Origin: Escherichia coli
GTDB lineage: Bacteria; Pseudomonadota; Gammaproteobacteria; Enterobacterales; Enterobacteriaceae
Strand: one strand, 5' to 3'
DNA: 64,000 nt
Assembly: GCF_003334785.1 (NCBI RefSeq)
Contig: NZ_QOWV01000007.1
Shown: positions 12,338 to 29,559 of the stretch, one piece after another
Layout of the letters: each line of letters starts with the position of its first letter
Numbering within the stretch: the first letter of the stretch is position 1
Notes under the pieces: generated by a model
What the model saw: the letters and a program-made list of their open reading frames with translations, nothing else
Database searches by the model: none
Told to the model about the DNA's origin: nothing
Program-made: the position numbers and the translations under genes

Positions 12338-12368
12338 AAAAACCCGCGCCATTGCGCGGGTTTTTTTA
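12338..12368 (+). terminator. leu attenuator (rho-independent terminator)
   Basis: cccgcgcc-attg-cgcggg stem (about 12343-12360) followed by T7 run (12361-12367), 43 nt upstream of leuA ATG. Confidence 0.9.
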
Positions 12369-12410
12369 TGCCCGAAGCGAGGCGCTCTAAAAGAGACAAG
12401 GACCCAAACC

Positions 12411-15073
<2,663 letters not shown>

Positions 15074-15075
15074 TC

Positions 15076-17092
<2,017 letters not shown>

Positions 17093-17097
17093 TCCCC

Positions 17098-17123
17098 TTG
17101 CCCGGTCAAATGACCGGGCTTTC
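17098..17123. terminator. Hairpin between convergent leuD and setA
   Basis: gcccggtca-aa-tgaccgggc (about 17100-17119) followed by ttt; sits between the two convergent stop codons. Confidence 0.65.
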
Positions 17124-17140
17124 CGCTATCGTCCACGTCA

Positions 17141-18319
17141 TCAAACGTCTTTAACCTTTGCGGTTAAAAATAATGCGACAACAGAAATAACCGCAATTAC
17201 CCAGTAGACAGCAAAGTGCCCCCAACTTTGTGCAATTGCTCCCTGAATAACGCCAGCCAGAATTACCCCGGTAGAAATACTGTTAGTAAATAAGGTGGTA
17301 GCTGCCCCCGCTCTTCCAGGCATTAAATCCTGAAACCATAGCATCCCAATACCCGCAACAATGCCGATAAATACAGCGTTAAAAAGTTGCAGCGTCATCA
17401 ACGCCATACGGCTATTAAAGAAAATCAATCCGGTGTAAAACAGTACTCCTGCCGCCACTGCTATGACCATCATTCGCCGCTTACCATAACGTTTGACATA
17501 GTAGCCAGCCAGAATCATTGCTGGTATTTCCAGTCCAGCTGCCGTCCCCATCAGGAAACCCGCCAGTTTGTCTGGCAATCCTAACTCGCTACTGATCCAC
17601 AACGGCATATCAATAATGTACATGGTGTTGCAGGTCCACATTAACGTCGAGGCGACAAATAACATCCGTACGTTACTATCCTGCCAGCCACCTTGCATTG
17701 ATAAAGCATTTTCCGACGGCAGTTCTACCCGCGCCACAGACGGAAGCATAAATGCAATCAATACCAGACTGAGTGTGAATATCCCGGCGGCAATCGAAAA
17801 CATCACCGTAAAGCCGTAATTCAACGCCAGCATAAAGGCCAACGGTGGACCGATAACCCATGCCAGAGAAAGCTGCGCACGCATCACCGAGCTAAACATC
17901 ACCACTTCTCGCGCCGAGTTATCCGCATATTCCCGCGCCAGAGCAAATAACTGTGGCATTGCCGTATTGGCCAGAGATGCCAGAAGCACACCACAGGTGA
18001 TAAGCGTCAGATAATGACGATTAAATGCAAACAATAGCGCATTGCCGATAGCCATCAAACAGCAAAATATAATCAGTTTTCGCCGATCGCCCTGACTGTC
18101 AGAACGTTTTGCCAACCAGAGGCTTACGCCGATCCCAGCAATAGCATTCACCGTATAAAAGAGGCCGATCCAGAAAGGTTGCGCGCCAACCTCACGACTC
18201 AGAAATAAGCTCAATGTAGGAGCCTGTAGCGCCCCGGCCACCCCCATCATAAAAGCGACCAGCATAAATGCCGCGTAAACACCGTTCATACGGCGAGCCA
18301 TCGTCATTATCCAGATCAT
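17141..18319 (-). CDS. setA: MFS sugar efflux transporter SetA
   Basis: 392-aa ORF, 12 hydrophobic segments; immediately downstream of sgrS. Confidence 0.93.
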   Translation of the reverse strand: MIWIMTMARRMNGVYAAFMLVAFMMGVAGALQAPTLSLFLSREVGAQPFWIGLFYTVNAIAGIGVSLWLAKRSDSQGDRRKLIIFCCLMAIGNALLFAFNRHYLTLITCGVLLASLANTAMPQLFALAREYADNSAREVVMFSSVMRAQLSLAWVIGPPLAFMLALNYGFTVMFSIAAGIFTLSLVLIAFMLPSVARVELPSENALSMQGGWQDSNVRMLFVASTLMWTCNTMYIIDMPLWISSELGLPDKLAGFLMGTAAGLEIPAMILAGYYVKRYGKRRMMVIAVAAGVLFYTGLIFFNSRMALMTLQLFNAVFIGIVAGIGMLWFQDLMPGRAGAATTLFTNSISTGVILAGVIQGAIAQSWGHFAVYWVIAVISVVALFLTAKVKDV

Positions 18320-18346
18320 ACGTTCCCTTTTTAGCGCGGCGAGAAT

Positions 18347-18573
18347 AAAAAAAACCAGCAGGTATAATCTGCTGGCGGGTGATTTTACACCAATACTCAG
18401 TCACACATGATGCAGGCAAGTCAACTTTCAGAATTGCGGTCATCCCACTGCATCAGTCCTTCAAGCATGGTTAATCGTTGTGGGACGCTTAACCAACGCA
18501 ACCAGCACAACTTCGCTGTCGCGGTAAAATAGTGCTGGTAAAACTGACGCATGGGGCACCCCCTTGCTTCATC
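18347..18573 (-). ncRNA. sgrS: Small RNA SgrS (glucose-phosphate stress), about 227 nt
   Basis: 5' end GATGAAGCAAGGGGGTGCCCCATG (plus-strand complement at about 18550-18573); 3' end is hairpin ccagcaggtataatctgctgg plus U8 (plus A-run 18347-18354); contains sgrT ORF; divergent from sgrR. Confidence 0.9.
18421..18552 (-). CDS. sgrT: SgrT, 43-aa peptide encoded within SgrS
   Basis: ORF MRQFYQHYFTATAKLCWLRWLSVPQRLTMLEGLMQWDDRNSES, ATG at 18552 preceded by GGGGG; track ORF 18421..18720 is an upstream extension. Confidence 0.85.
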   Translation of the reverse strand: MRQFYQHYFTATAKLCWLRWLSVPQRLTMLEGLMQWDDRNSES

Positions 18574-18640
18574 GTTAGGAATTATTGACTTAATATAGGG
18601 AAAATAAAATTGCTGTCTTTTGCACAGGAGTTCCCCTTTT

Positions 18641-20296
18641 ATGCCATCTGCTCGTCTGCAACAACAGTTCATCCGCCTGTGGCAATGCTGCGAGGGTAAA
18701 TCGCAGGACACAACGCTCAACGAACTGGCAGCGTTATTGAGCTGCTCGCGTCGTCATATGCGCACCCTGCTCAACACCATGCAGGATCGCGGCTGGCTGA
18801 CGTGGGAAGCGGAAGTCGGGCGCGGTAAACGCTCGCGTCTGACATTCCTCTATACCGGGCTGGCGCTTCAGCAACAGCGGGCGGAAGACCTGCTAGAGCA
18901 GGATCGTATCGATCAACTGGTGCAGTTGGTTGGCGACAAAGCGACTGTGCGGCAAATGCTGGTTTCTCATCTGGGCCGCAGCTTCCGCCAGGGGCGGCAC
19001 ATCCTGCGCGTGCTCTACTATCGTCCGTTGCGTAATCTGCTACCTGGCAGCGCATTGCGCCGTTCCGAAACCCATATCGCCCGGCAAATCTTCAGTTCGC
19101 TAACGCGCATAAATGAGGAAAATGGGGAACTGGAAGCAGACATCGCCCACCACTGGCAGCAAATTTCACCGCTTCACTGGCGTTTCTTTTTGCGTCCAGG
19201 AGTCCATTTTCACCATGGTCGTGAACTGGAAATGGACGATGTGATCGCCTCTTTAAAACGAATCAATACGCTGCCGCTCTATTCGCATATTGCTGACATT
19301 GTGTCGCCGACGCCCTGGACGCTGGATATCCATCTCACGCAACCGGACCGCTGGTTACCGTTACTGCTGGGGCAAGTTCCGGCGATGATCCTGCCGCGCG
19401 AATGGGAAACCCTCAGTAACTTTGCCAGCCATCCCATCGGCACCGGTCCGTATGCGGTGATTCGCAACAGCACCAATCAACTGAAAATTCAGGCATTCGA
19501 TGACTTCTTCGGTTACCGGGCATTAATCGACGAAGTTAACGTCTGGGTTCTGCCGGAAATTGCCGACGAGCCAGCCGGAGGGCTGATGCTAAAAGGTCCA
19601 CAGGGCGAGGAAAAAGAGATTGAAAGCCGCCTGGAGGAAGGTTGCTACTATTTACTGTTCGACAGCCGCACCCATCGCGGGGCGAATCAGCAAGTCAGGG
19701 ACTGGGTAAGCTATGTGCTTTCTCCAACTAATCTGGTCTATTTCGCTGAGGAACAGTACCAGCAACTGTGGTTCCCGGCTTATGGACTGCTCCCCCGTTG
19801 GCACCATGCCCGCACCATAAAGAGCGAAAAACCGGCTGGCCTGGAAAGCCTCACCCTAACCTTTTATCAGGATCACAGTGAGCATCGGGTGATTGCCGGG
19901 ATCATGCAGCAGATTCTGGCAAGTCACCAGGTCACGCTGAAAATCAAAGAGATCGACTACGATCAGTGGCATACAGGAGAGATCGAAAGTGATATCTGGC
20001 TAAACAGCGCCAACTTTACCCTGCCGCTGGACTTCTCTGTTTTCGCACATTTATGCGAAGTGCCACTGCTACAACATTGCATTCCCATTGACTGGCAAGC
20101 CGACGCTGCTCGCTGGCGCAATGGCGAGATGAATCTGGCGAACTGGTGCCAGCAACTGGTCGCCAGCAAAGCGATGGTGCCATTATTGCACCACTGGCTG
20201 ATCATTCAGGGGCAACGCAGTATGCGCGGCCTGCGCATGAATACCCTCGGCTGGTTCGATTTTAAATCAGCGTGGTTTGCGCCACCGGATCCATGA
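18641..20296 (+). CDS. sgrR: Transcriptional regulator SgrR
   Basis: Start [15 protein letters not shown] at 18641 (track ORF begins 21 nt upstream); 551 codons; N-terminal DNA-binding plus solute-binding-protein-like domain. Confidence 0.93.
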   Translation: MPSARLQQQFIRLWQCCEGKSQDTTLNELAALLSCSRRHMRTLLNTMQDRGWLTWEAEVGRGKRSRLTFLYTGLALQQQRAEDLLEQDRIDQLVQLVGDKATVRQMLVSHLGRSFRQGRHILRVLYYRPLRNLLPGSALRRSETHIARQIFSSLTRINEENGELEADIAHHWQQISPLHWRFFLRPGVHFHHGRELEMDDVIASLKRINTLPLYSHIADIVSPTPWTLDIHLTQPDRWLPLLLGQVPAMILPREWETLSNFASHPIGTGPYAVIRNSTNQLKIQAFDDFFGYRALIDEVNVWVLPEIADEPAGGLMLKGPQGEEKEIESRLEEGCYYLLFDSRTHRGANQQVRDWVSYVLSPTNLVYFAEEQYQQLWFPAYGLLPRWHHARTIKSEKPAGLESLTLTFYQDHSEHRVIAGIMQQILASHQVTLKIKEIDYDQWHTGEIESDIWLNSANFTLPLDFSVFAHLCEVPLLQHCIPIDWQADAARWRNGEMNLANWCQQLVASKAMVPLLHHWLIIQGQRSMRGLRMNTLGWFDFKSAWFAPPDP

Positions 20297-20329
20297 TTGC
20301 TGGTTGATAACAAAATCACTACACTAACG

Positions 20330-20450
20330 CCGTTCTCAACGGGGTGCCACGCGTACGCGTGCGCTGAGAAAATACCCGTCGAACCTGATCCGGATAACGC
20401 CGGCGAAGGGATTTGAGGCTCCTTCTCAAGTCCTTTGCCACTCTTTTTTG
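20330..20450 (+). ncRNA. sroA: TPP riboswitch (THI element; SroA region) in thiBPQ leader
   Basis: THI-box core ctgagaaaatacccgtcgaacctgatccggataacgccggcgaaggga at about 20364-20410, directly upstream of thiB start. Confidence 0.88.
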
Positions 20451-20459
20451 AGGTGCAAA

Positions 20460-21443
20460 GTGTTAAAAAAATGTCTGCCCCTGCTGTTGCTGTGCACAGC
20501 GCCCGTTTTCGCTAAACCCGTTCTGACTGTTTATACCTACGATTCCTTCGCCGCCGACTGGGGGCCTGGTCCGGTGGTTAAAAAAGCCTTTGAAGCCGAC
20601 TGTAATTGCGAACTGAAACTGGTGGCGCTGGAAGATGGCGTTTCGCTTCTCAACCGTCTACGGATGGAAGGCAAAAACAGTAAAGCCGATGTGGTGCTGG
20701 GGCTGGATAACAACCTGTTAGACGCCGCCAGTAAAACCGGACTGTTTGCCAAAAGCGGTGTGGCAGCGGATGCCGTTAACGTTCCCGGCGGCTGGAATAA
20801 TGACACTTTCGTACCGTTTGATTATGGCTACTTCGCCTTCGTTTATGACAAGAACAAACTGAAAAACCCGCCACAAAGCCTGAAAGAACTGGTTGAGAGC
20901 GATCAAAACTGGCGGGTGATTTATCAGGATCCGCGCACCAGTACACCGGGGCTGGGTCTGTTGCTATGGATGCAAAAAGTCTATGGCGATGACGCCCCAC
21001 AAGCCTGGCAGAAACTGGCGAAGAAAACGGTCACGGTCACCAAAGGCTGGAGCGAAGCCTACGGCCTGTTTTTAAAAGGTGAAAGCGATCTGGTACTGAG
21101 TTACACCACCTCTCCGGCTTATCACATTCTCGAAGAGAAGAAAGATAACTACGCCGCCGCGAACTTCAGCGAAGGTCACTATCTGCAAGTGGAAGTCGCC
21201 GCCCGCACCGCTGCCAGCAAGCAGCCGGAGCTGGCGCAAAAATTCCTCCAGTTTATGGTTTCTCCGGCTTTCCAGAATGCGATCCCAACCGGCAACTGGA
21301 TGTATCCGGTGGCAAACATCACGCTGCCTGCCGGTTTTGAAAAATTGACCAAACCCGCAACCACGTTGGAGTTCACGCCAGCCGAAGTGGCGGCACAACG
21401 TCAGGCATGGATTAGCGAATGGCAACGCGCCGTCAGCCGTTAA
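20460..21443 (+). CDS. thiB: Thiamine ABC transporter periplasmic binding protein ThiB (TbpA)
   Basis: GTG at 20460 gives 327 codons with signal peptide LKKCLPLLLLCTAPVFA (track ORF starts at upstream TTG 20448). Confidence 0.93.
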   Translation: MLKKCLPLLLLCTAPVFAKPVLTVYTYDSFAADWGPGPVVKKAFEADCNCELKLVALEDGVSLLNRLRMEGKNSKADVVLGLDNNLLDAASKTGLFAKSGVAADAVNVPGGWNNDTFVPFDYGYFAFVYDKNKLKNPPQSLKELVESDQNWRVIYQDPRTSTPGLGLLLWMQKVYGDDAPQAWQKLAKKTVTVTKGWSEAYGLFLKGESDLVLSYTTSPAYHILEEKKDNYAAANFSEGHYLQVEVAARTAASKQPELAQKFLQFMVSPAFQNAIPTGNWMYPVANITLPAGFEKLTKPATTLEFTPAEVAAQRQAWISEWQRAVSR

Positions 21444-23029
21444 TTCCCGGCTGGTTAATTCCAGGTGTAAGCGCCACCACGCTGGTGGTAGCGGTTGCGC
21501 TGGCGGCGTTTCTCGCCCTGTGGTGGAACGCGCCGCAGGATGACTGGGTGGCAGTCTGGCAGGACAGCTATCTGTGGCATGTGGTGCGCTTCTCCTTCTG
21601 GCAGGCGTTTCTCTCGGCACTGCTCTCTGTCATACCCGCGATATTCCTCGCCCGCGCGCTCTATCGCAGGCGCTTTCCGGGTCGGCTGGCGCTGTTGCGT
21701 CTGTGTGCAATGACCTTGATCCTCCCGGTGTTGGTCGCTGTTTTCGGCATTCTTAGCGTCTATGGTCGCCAGGGCTGGCTGGCAACACTCTGCCAATCGC
21801 TCGGTCTGGAGTGGACCTTTTCGCCCTACGGCCTGCAAGGTATTTTGCTGGCCCATGTGTTTTTTAATCTGCCGATGGCGAGCCGCTTATTACTCCAGGC
21901 ACTGGAAAACATCCCCGGCGAACAGCGTCAACTTGCCGCCCAGCTTGGGATGCGTAGCTGGCATTTTTTCCGCTTCGTCGAATGGCCGTGGTTACGGCGA
22001 CAAATCCCGCCGGTTGCTGCGCTTATCTTTATGCTCTGTTTCGCCAGCTTCGCCACCGTGCTATCGCTGGGGGGCGGTCCGCAGGCGACCACTATCGAGC
22101 TGGCAATCTATCAGGCGCTGAGTTACGACTACGATCCTGCCCGCGCGGCAATGCTGGCGCTGCTCCAGATGGTGTGCTGCCTCGGGCTGGTGCTGTTGAG
22201 TCAGCGATTGAGTAAGGCCATTGCGCCCGGCACCACGCTGCTGCAAGGCTGGCGCGACCCGGACGATCGTCTGCATAGCCGCATTTGCGACACGGTGTTA
22301 ATTGTGCTGGCGCTGCTGCTGTTGCTGCCACCGTTACTGGCGGTGATCGTCGATGGGGTAAATCGCCAGTTGCCGGAAGTGCTGGCACAACCGGTGCTGT
22401 GGCAGGCGCTGTGGACCTCGTTGCGTATTGCGCTGGCGGCAGGTGTATTGTGCGTAGTGCTGACCATGATGCTGCTATGGAGCAGTCGCGAACTGCGGGC
22501 GCGGCAGAAAATGCTGGCGGGTCAGGTGCTGGAGATGAGCGGCATGTTGATCCTCGCCATGCCGGGGATTGTGCTGGCTACCGGCTTCTTTTTACTGCTC
22601 AACAACACTATCGGCCTGCCACAATCTGCTGACGGCATTGTGATTTTCACCAATGCGTTAATGGCGATCCCTTATGCGCTGAAAGTGCTGGAAAACCCGA
22701 TGCGCGATATCACCGCCCGCTACAGCATGTTATGTCAGTCGCTGGGGATTGAAGGCTGGTCACGCTTAAAAGTGGTGGAGCTGCGCGCCCTGAAACGTCC
22801 ACTGGCGCAGGCGCTGGCCTTTGCATGCGTGCTGTCGATTGGTGATTTTGGCGTGGTGGCGTTGTTCGGTAACGATGATTTCCGCACCCTGCCGTTTTAT
22901 CTCTACCAGCAAATTGGCTCCTATCGCAGCCAGGACGGTGCGGTCACCGCGTTAATTCTGCTGCTGCTCTGTTTTCTGCTGTTTACCGTGATTGAAAAAC
23001 TACCGGGGCGAAATGTTAAAACTGACTGA
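21419..23029 (+). CDS. thiP: Thiamine ABC transporter permease ThiP
   Basis: 536-aa polytopic membrane ORF with internally duplicated permease halves; overlaps thiB by 25 bp. Confidence 0.94.
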   Translation: MATRRQPLIPGWLIPGVSATTLVVAVALAAFLALWWNAPQDDWVAVWQDSYLWHVVRFSFWQAFLSALLSVIPAIFLARALYRRRFPGRLALLRLCAMTLILPVLVAVFGILSVYGRQGWLATLCQSLGLEWTFSPYGLQGILLAHVFFNLPMASRLLLQALENIPGEQRQLAAQLGMRSWHFFRFVEWPWLRRQIPPVAALIFMLCFASFATVLSLGGGPQATTIELAIYQALSYDYDPARAAMLALLQMVCCLGLVLLSQRLSKAIAPGTTLLQGWRDPDDRLHSRICDTVLIVLALLLLLPPLLAVIVDGVNRQLPEVLAQPVLWQALWTSLRIALAAGVLCVVLTMMLLWSSRELRARQKMLAGQVLEMSGMLILAMPGIVLATGFFLLLNNTIGLPQSADGIVIFTNALMAIPYALKVLENPMRDITARYSMLCQSLGIEGWSRLKVVELRALKRPLAQALAFACVLSIGDFGVVALFGNDDFRTLPFYLYQQIGSYRSQDGAVTALILLLLCFLLFTVIEKLPGRNVKTD

Positions 23030-23711
23030 TATCACCTGGCTTTACCACCATTTGCCGATGCGTTTTAGCTTAACGGTGGAACGCGGCGAGCAGGTGGCGA
23101 TCCTCGGGCCAAGCGGCGCGGGTAAAAGTACCCTGCTGAATTTGATCGCCGGTTTTCTGACGCCAGCCAGCGGTTCGCTGACTATCGATGGCGTAGATCA
23201 CACAACTATGCCGCCGTCACGCCGTCCGGTGTCGATGCTGTTTCAGGAGAACAACCTGTTCAGCCACCTGACGGTCGCACAGAACATCGGGCTGGGGCTA
23301 AATCCGGGATTGAAACTGAACGCGGTACAGCAGGGGAAAATGCACGCTATCGCCCGCCAGATGGGGATTGATAATTTAATGGCGCGGTTACCGGGCGAGC
23401 TTTCCGGCGGTCAGCGACAGCGAGTGGCGTTAGCGCGTTGTCTGGTACGCGAACAGCCGATTTTATTGCTCGATGAACCGTTCTCTGCGCTCGATCCGGC
23501 GTTACGTCAGGAGATGTTGACGCTGGTGAGCACGAGCTGCCAGCAGCAAAAAATGACGCTATTGATGGTGTCGCACAGCGTGGAAGATGCGGCGCGGATC
23601 GCCACGCGCTCGGTAGTAGTCGCCGACGGGCGCATCGCCTGGCAGGGTATGACCAATGAGTTGTTGAGCGGTAAGGCGAGTGCTTCGGCACTATTGGGGA
23701 TTACGGGTTAG
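23013..23711 (+). CDS. thiQ: Thiamine ABC transporter ATPase ThiQ
   Basis: Start [14 protein letters not shown] at 23013; Walker [10 protein letters not shown], signature [13 protein letters not shown], Walker [12 protein letters not shown]; overlaps thiP by 17 bp. Confidence 0.95.
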   Translation: MLKLTDITWLYHHLPMRFSLTVERGEQVAILGPSGAGKSTLLNLIAGFLTPASGSLTIDGVDHTTMPPSRRPVSMLFQENNLFSHLTVAQNIGLGLNPGLKLNAVQQGKMHAIARQMGIDNLMARLPGELSGGQRQRVALARCLVREQPILLLDEPFSALDPALRQEMLTLVSTSCQQQKMTLLMVSHSVEDAARIATRSVVVADGRIAWQGMTNELLSGKASASALLGITG

Positions 23712-23718
23712 TATGCAC

Positions 23719-23804
<86 letters not shown>

Positions 23805-23824
23805 AACCCGCACAAGACTATCTC

Positions 23825-24589
23825 CTAAACCCCAACCACTTTACGCAAAATATCGATATACACCGGCATCAACGGGTGGCGAATTAACACCACCAGCGCC
23901 ACCACGCCGATGGCAGAAATCAACGGCGTCAGCCACAACAAACGACCGCGGGACAAATAATGACTCAAACGGTCAGTCGCTTTACCGCTGCGCCATAACC
24001 GCCAGCACAGCCAGCCACCAACCCACAAAAACACCGCTGTTGCCAGCAGCAACCATTTAAACTCACCGCTCTGCATTCCGGCAGGAATATCGATCGCCGC
24101 GCCCGCCAGAATCCCTGGCAGGAAGTAAAACGGCGGCCACAGCAGGCAGCCGATAATATTCGGCGTAATAAATTTAGCCACCGGCAGATCCAGCATTCCC
24201 GCCACCATTGGCACCAGCGGACGCGTCGGGCCAACAAAACGACCGACCAGAATGGTGAACATGCTGTGTTGATGCAACGCATGTTCAGTTTTATCAAGTA
24301 GTGCTTTGTTTTTCTTCAGAAATGACCAGCGATGCAACGGCTTTTTAAAACGCCAACCCAACCAGAAAGAAATCCAGTCGCCCATCAAGCAGCCAATAAT
24401 CCCTGCCAGCCAGGCGTGCCAGAAACTTAACTCGCCGCTGCCAATCAGCGCTCCCAGCCCCGCCATCAGCACCGTACCGGGTAGAATCAAACCGACCAGC
24501 GCCAGCGACTCCAGAAAGGCCACCAACACCACCGCCATCAATGAATACACGGTGGATTGGGTAATAAAGTGTTCCAGCAATGCTTGCAT
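23825..24589 (-). CDS. yabI: DedA-family inner membrane protein YabI
   Basis: 254-aa hydrophobic ORF with DedA/SNARE-associated signature region. Confidence 0.9.
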   Translation of the reverse strand: MQALLEHFITQSTVYSLMAVVLVAFLESLALVGLILPGTVLMAGLGALIGSGELSFWHAWLAGIIGCLMGDWISFWLGWRFKKPLHRWSFLKKNKALLDKTEHALHQHSMFTILVGRFVGPTRPLVPMVAGMLDLPVAKFITPNIIGCLLWPPFYFLPGILAGAAIDIPAGMQSGEFKWLLLATAVFLWVGGWLCWRLWRSGKATDRLSHYLSRGRLLWLTPLISAIGVVALVVLIRHPLMPVYIDILRKVVGV

Positions 24590-24674
24590 AATGTGCCTGT
24601 CAAATGGACGAAGCAGGGATTCTGCAAACCCTATGCTACTCCGTCAAGCCGTCAATTGTCTGATTCGTTACCAA

Positions 24675-25553
24675 TTATGACAACTTGACGGCTACATCAT
24701 TCACTTTTTCTTCACAACCGGCACGAAACTCGCTCGGGCTGGCCCCGGTGCATTTTTTAAATACTCGCGAGAAATAGAGTTGATCGTCAAAACCAACATT
24801 GCGACCGACGGTGGCGATAGGCATCCGGGTAGTGCTCAAAAGCAGCTTCGCCTGACTAATGCGTTGGTCCTCGCGCCAGCTTAAGACGCTAATCCCTAAC
24901 TGCTGGCGGAAAAGATGTGACAGACGCGACGGCGACAAGCAAACATGCTGTGCGACGCTGGCGATATCAAAATTGCTGTCTGCCAGGTGATCGCTGATGT
25001 ACTGACAAGCCTCGCGTACCCGATTATCCATCGGTGGATGGAGCGACTCGTTAATCGCTTCCATGCGCCGCAGTAACAATTGCTCAAGCAGATTTATCGC
25101 CAGCAGCTCCGAATAGCGCCCTTCCCCTTGCCCGGCGTTAATGATTTGCCCAAACAGGTCGCTGAAATGCGGCTGGTGCGCTTCATCCGGGCGAAAGAAA
25201 CCCGTATTGGCAAATATTGACGGCCAGTTAAGCCATTCATGCCAGTAGGCGCGCGGACGAAAGTAAACCCACTGGTGATACCATTCGCGAGCCTCCGGAT
25301 GACGACCGTAGTGATGAATCTCTCCTGGCGGGAACAGCAAAATATCACCCGGTCGGCAGACAAATTCTCGTCCCTGATTTTTCACCACCCCCTGACCGCG
25401 AATGGTGAGATTGAGAATATAACCTTTCATTCCCAGCGGTCGGTCGATAAAAAAATCGAGATAACCGTTGGCCTCAATCGGCGTTAAACCCGCCACCAGA
25501 TGGGCGTTAAACGAGTATCCCGGCAGCAGGGGATCATTTTGCGCTTCAGCCAT
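24675..25553 (-). CDS. araC: Arabinose operon regulator AraC
   Basis: Start [15 protein letters not shown] at 25553 (track ORF extended upstream); 292 codons; C-terminal AraC/XylS HTH. Confidence 0.96.
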
Positions 25554-27592
<2,039 letters not shown>

Positions 27593-27602
27593 GGACACGA
27601 TA

Positions 27603-29105
27603 ATGACGATTTTTGATAATTATGAAGTGTGGTTTGTCATTGGCAGCCAGCATCTGTATGGCCCGGAAACCCTGCGTCAGGTCACCCAACATGCCGAGCA
27701 CGTCGTTAATGCGCTGAATACGGAAGCGAAACTGCCCTGCAAACTGGTGTTGAAACCGCTGGGCACCACGCCGGATGAAATCACCGCTATTTGCCGCGAC
27801 GCGAATTACGACGATCGTTGCGCTGGTCTGGTGGTGTGGCTGCACACCTTCTCCCCGGCCAAAATGTGGATCAACGGCCTGACCATGCTCAACAAACCGT
27901 TGCTGCAATTCCACACCCAGTTCAACGCGGCGCTGCCGTGGGACAGTATCGATATGGACTTTATGAACCTGAACCAGACTGCACATGGCGGTCGCGAGTT
28001 CGGCTTCATTGGCGCGCGTATGCGTCAGCAACATGCCGTGGTTACCGGTCACTGGCAGGATAAACAAGCCCATGAGCGTATCGGCTCCTGGATGCGTCAG
28101 GCGGTCTCTAAACAGGATACCCGTCATCTGAAAGTCTGCCGATTTGGCGATAACATGCGTGAAGTGGCGGTCACCGATGGCGATAAAGTTGCCGCACAGA
28201 TCAAGTTCGGTTTCTCCGTCAATACCTGGGCGGTTGGCGATCTGGTGCAGGTGGTGAACTCCATCAGCGACGGCGATGTTAACGCGCTGGTCGATGAGTA
28301 CGAAAGCTGCTACACCATGACGCCTGCCACACAAATCCACGGCAAAAAACGACAGAACGTGCTGGAAGCGGCGCGTATTGAGCTGGGGATGAAGCGTTTC
28401 CTGGAACAAGGTGGCTTCCACGCGTTCACCACCACCTTTGAAGATTTGCACGGTCTGAAACAGCTTCCTGGTCTGGCCGTACAGCGTCTGATGCAGCAGG
28501 GTTACGGCTTTGCGGGCGAAGGCGACTGGAAAACTGCCGCCCTGCTTCGCATCATGAAGGTGATGTCAACCGGTCTGCAGGGCGGCACCTCCTTTATGGA
28601 GGACTACACCTATCACTTCGAGAAAGGTAATGACCTGGTGCTCGGCTCCCATATGCTGGAAGTCTGCCCGTCGATCGCCGCAGAAGAGAAACCGATCCTC
28701 GACGTTCAGCATCTCGGTATTGGTGGTAAGGACGATCCTGCCCGCCTGATCTTCAATACCCAAACCGGCCCAGCGATTGTCGCCAGCTTGATTGATCTCG
28801 GCGATCGTTACCGTCTACTGGTTAACTGCATCGACACGGTGAAAACACCGCACTCCCTGCCGAAACTGCCGGTGGCGAATGCGCTGTGGAAAGCGCAACC
28901 GGATCTGCCAACTGCTTCCGAAGCGTGGATCCTCGCTGGTGGCGCGCACCATACCGTCTTCAGCCATGCACTGAACCTCAACGATATGCGCCAATTCGCC
29001 GAGATGCACGACATTGAAATCACGGTGATTGATAACGACACACGCCTGCCAGCGTTTAAAGACGCGCTGCGCTGGAACGAAGTGTATTACGGGTTTCGTC
29101 GCTAA
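27603..29105 (+). CDS. araA: L-arabinose isomerase AraA
   Basis: Start [20 protein letters not shown] at 27603 (track ORF begins 24 nt upstream); 500 codons. Confidence 0.96.
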   Translation: MTIFDNYEVWFVIGSQHLYGPETLRQVTQHAEHVVNALNTEAKLPCKLVLKPLGTTPDEITAICRDANYDDRCAGLVVWLHTFSPAKMWINGLTMLNKPLLQFHTQFNAALPWDSIDMDFMNLNQTAHGGREFGFIGARMRQQHAVVTGHWQDKQAHERIGSWMRQAVSKQDTRHLKVCRFGDNMREVAVTDGDKVAAQIKFGFSVNTWAVGDLVQVVNSISDGDVNALVDEYESCYTMTPATQIHGKKRQNVLEAARIELGMKRFLEQGGFHAFTTTFEDLHGLKQLPGLAVQRLMQQGYGFAGEGDWKTAALLRIMKVMSTGLQGGTSFMEDYTYHFEKGNDLVLGSHMLEVCPSIAAEEKPILDVQHLGIGGKDDPARLIFNTQTGPAIVASLIDLGDRYRLLVNCIDTVKTPHSLPKLPVANALWKAQPDLPTASEAWILAGGAHHTVFSHALNLNDMRQFAEMHDIEITVIDNDTRLPAFKDALRWNEVYYGFRR

Positions 29106-29110
29106 GTAGC

Positions 29111-29545
29111 CGCATCCGGTATGTAACGCCTGATGCGACGCTGACGCGTCTTATCTGGCCTACACGCTGCGATTTTGTAGGCCGGATAAGCAAAGCGCAT
29201 CCGGCATTCAACGCCTGATGCGACGCTGGCGCGTCTTATCAGGCCTACGCGCTGCGATTTTGTAGGCCGGATAAGCAAAGCGCATCCGGCATTCAACGCC
29301 TGATGCGACGCTGGCGCGTCTTATCAGGCCTACGCGCTGCGATTTTGTAGGCCGGATAAGCAAAGCGCATCCGGCATTCAACGCCTGATGCGACGCTGGC
29401 GCGTCTTATCAGGCCTACGCGCTGCGATTTTGTAGGCCGGATAAGCAAAGCGCATCCGGCATTCAACGCCTGATGCGACGCTGGCGCGTCTTATCAGGCC
29501 TACACGCTGCGATTTTGTAGGCCGGATAAGCAAAGCGCATCCGGC
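29111..29545. repeat. Tandem array of five 85-bp BIME units (each two inverted REPs) plus a partial sixth
   Basis: Unit cgcatccggcattcaacgcctgatgcgacgctggcgcgtcttatcaggcctacgcgctgcgattttgtaggccggataagcaaag recurs at 29111, 29196, 29281, 29366, 29451 (exact 85-bp period), partial copy at 29536; units 2-4 identical, units 1 and 5 differ by a few bases. Confidence 0.9.
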
Positions 29546-29559
29546 ACGAAGGAGTCAAC

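Noticed and set aside
21072-21620. 182-codon Pro/Arg-rich minus-strand ORF across the thiB/thiP junction
   Set aside because: Antisense to two conserved transporter genes; composition typical of an out-of-frame GC-rich shadow.
29111-29545. Possibility that the regular 85-bp array is a CRISPR array
   Set aside because: Units are contiguous with no unique spacers, are themselves REP palindromes (GCCGGATG / CATCCGGC cores), and no cas genes are nearby.
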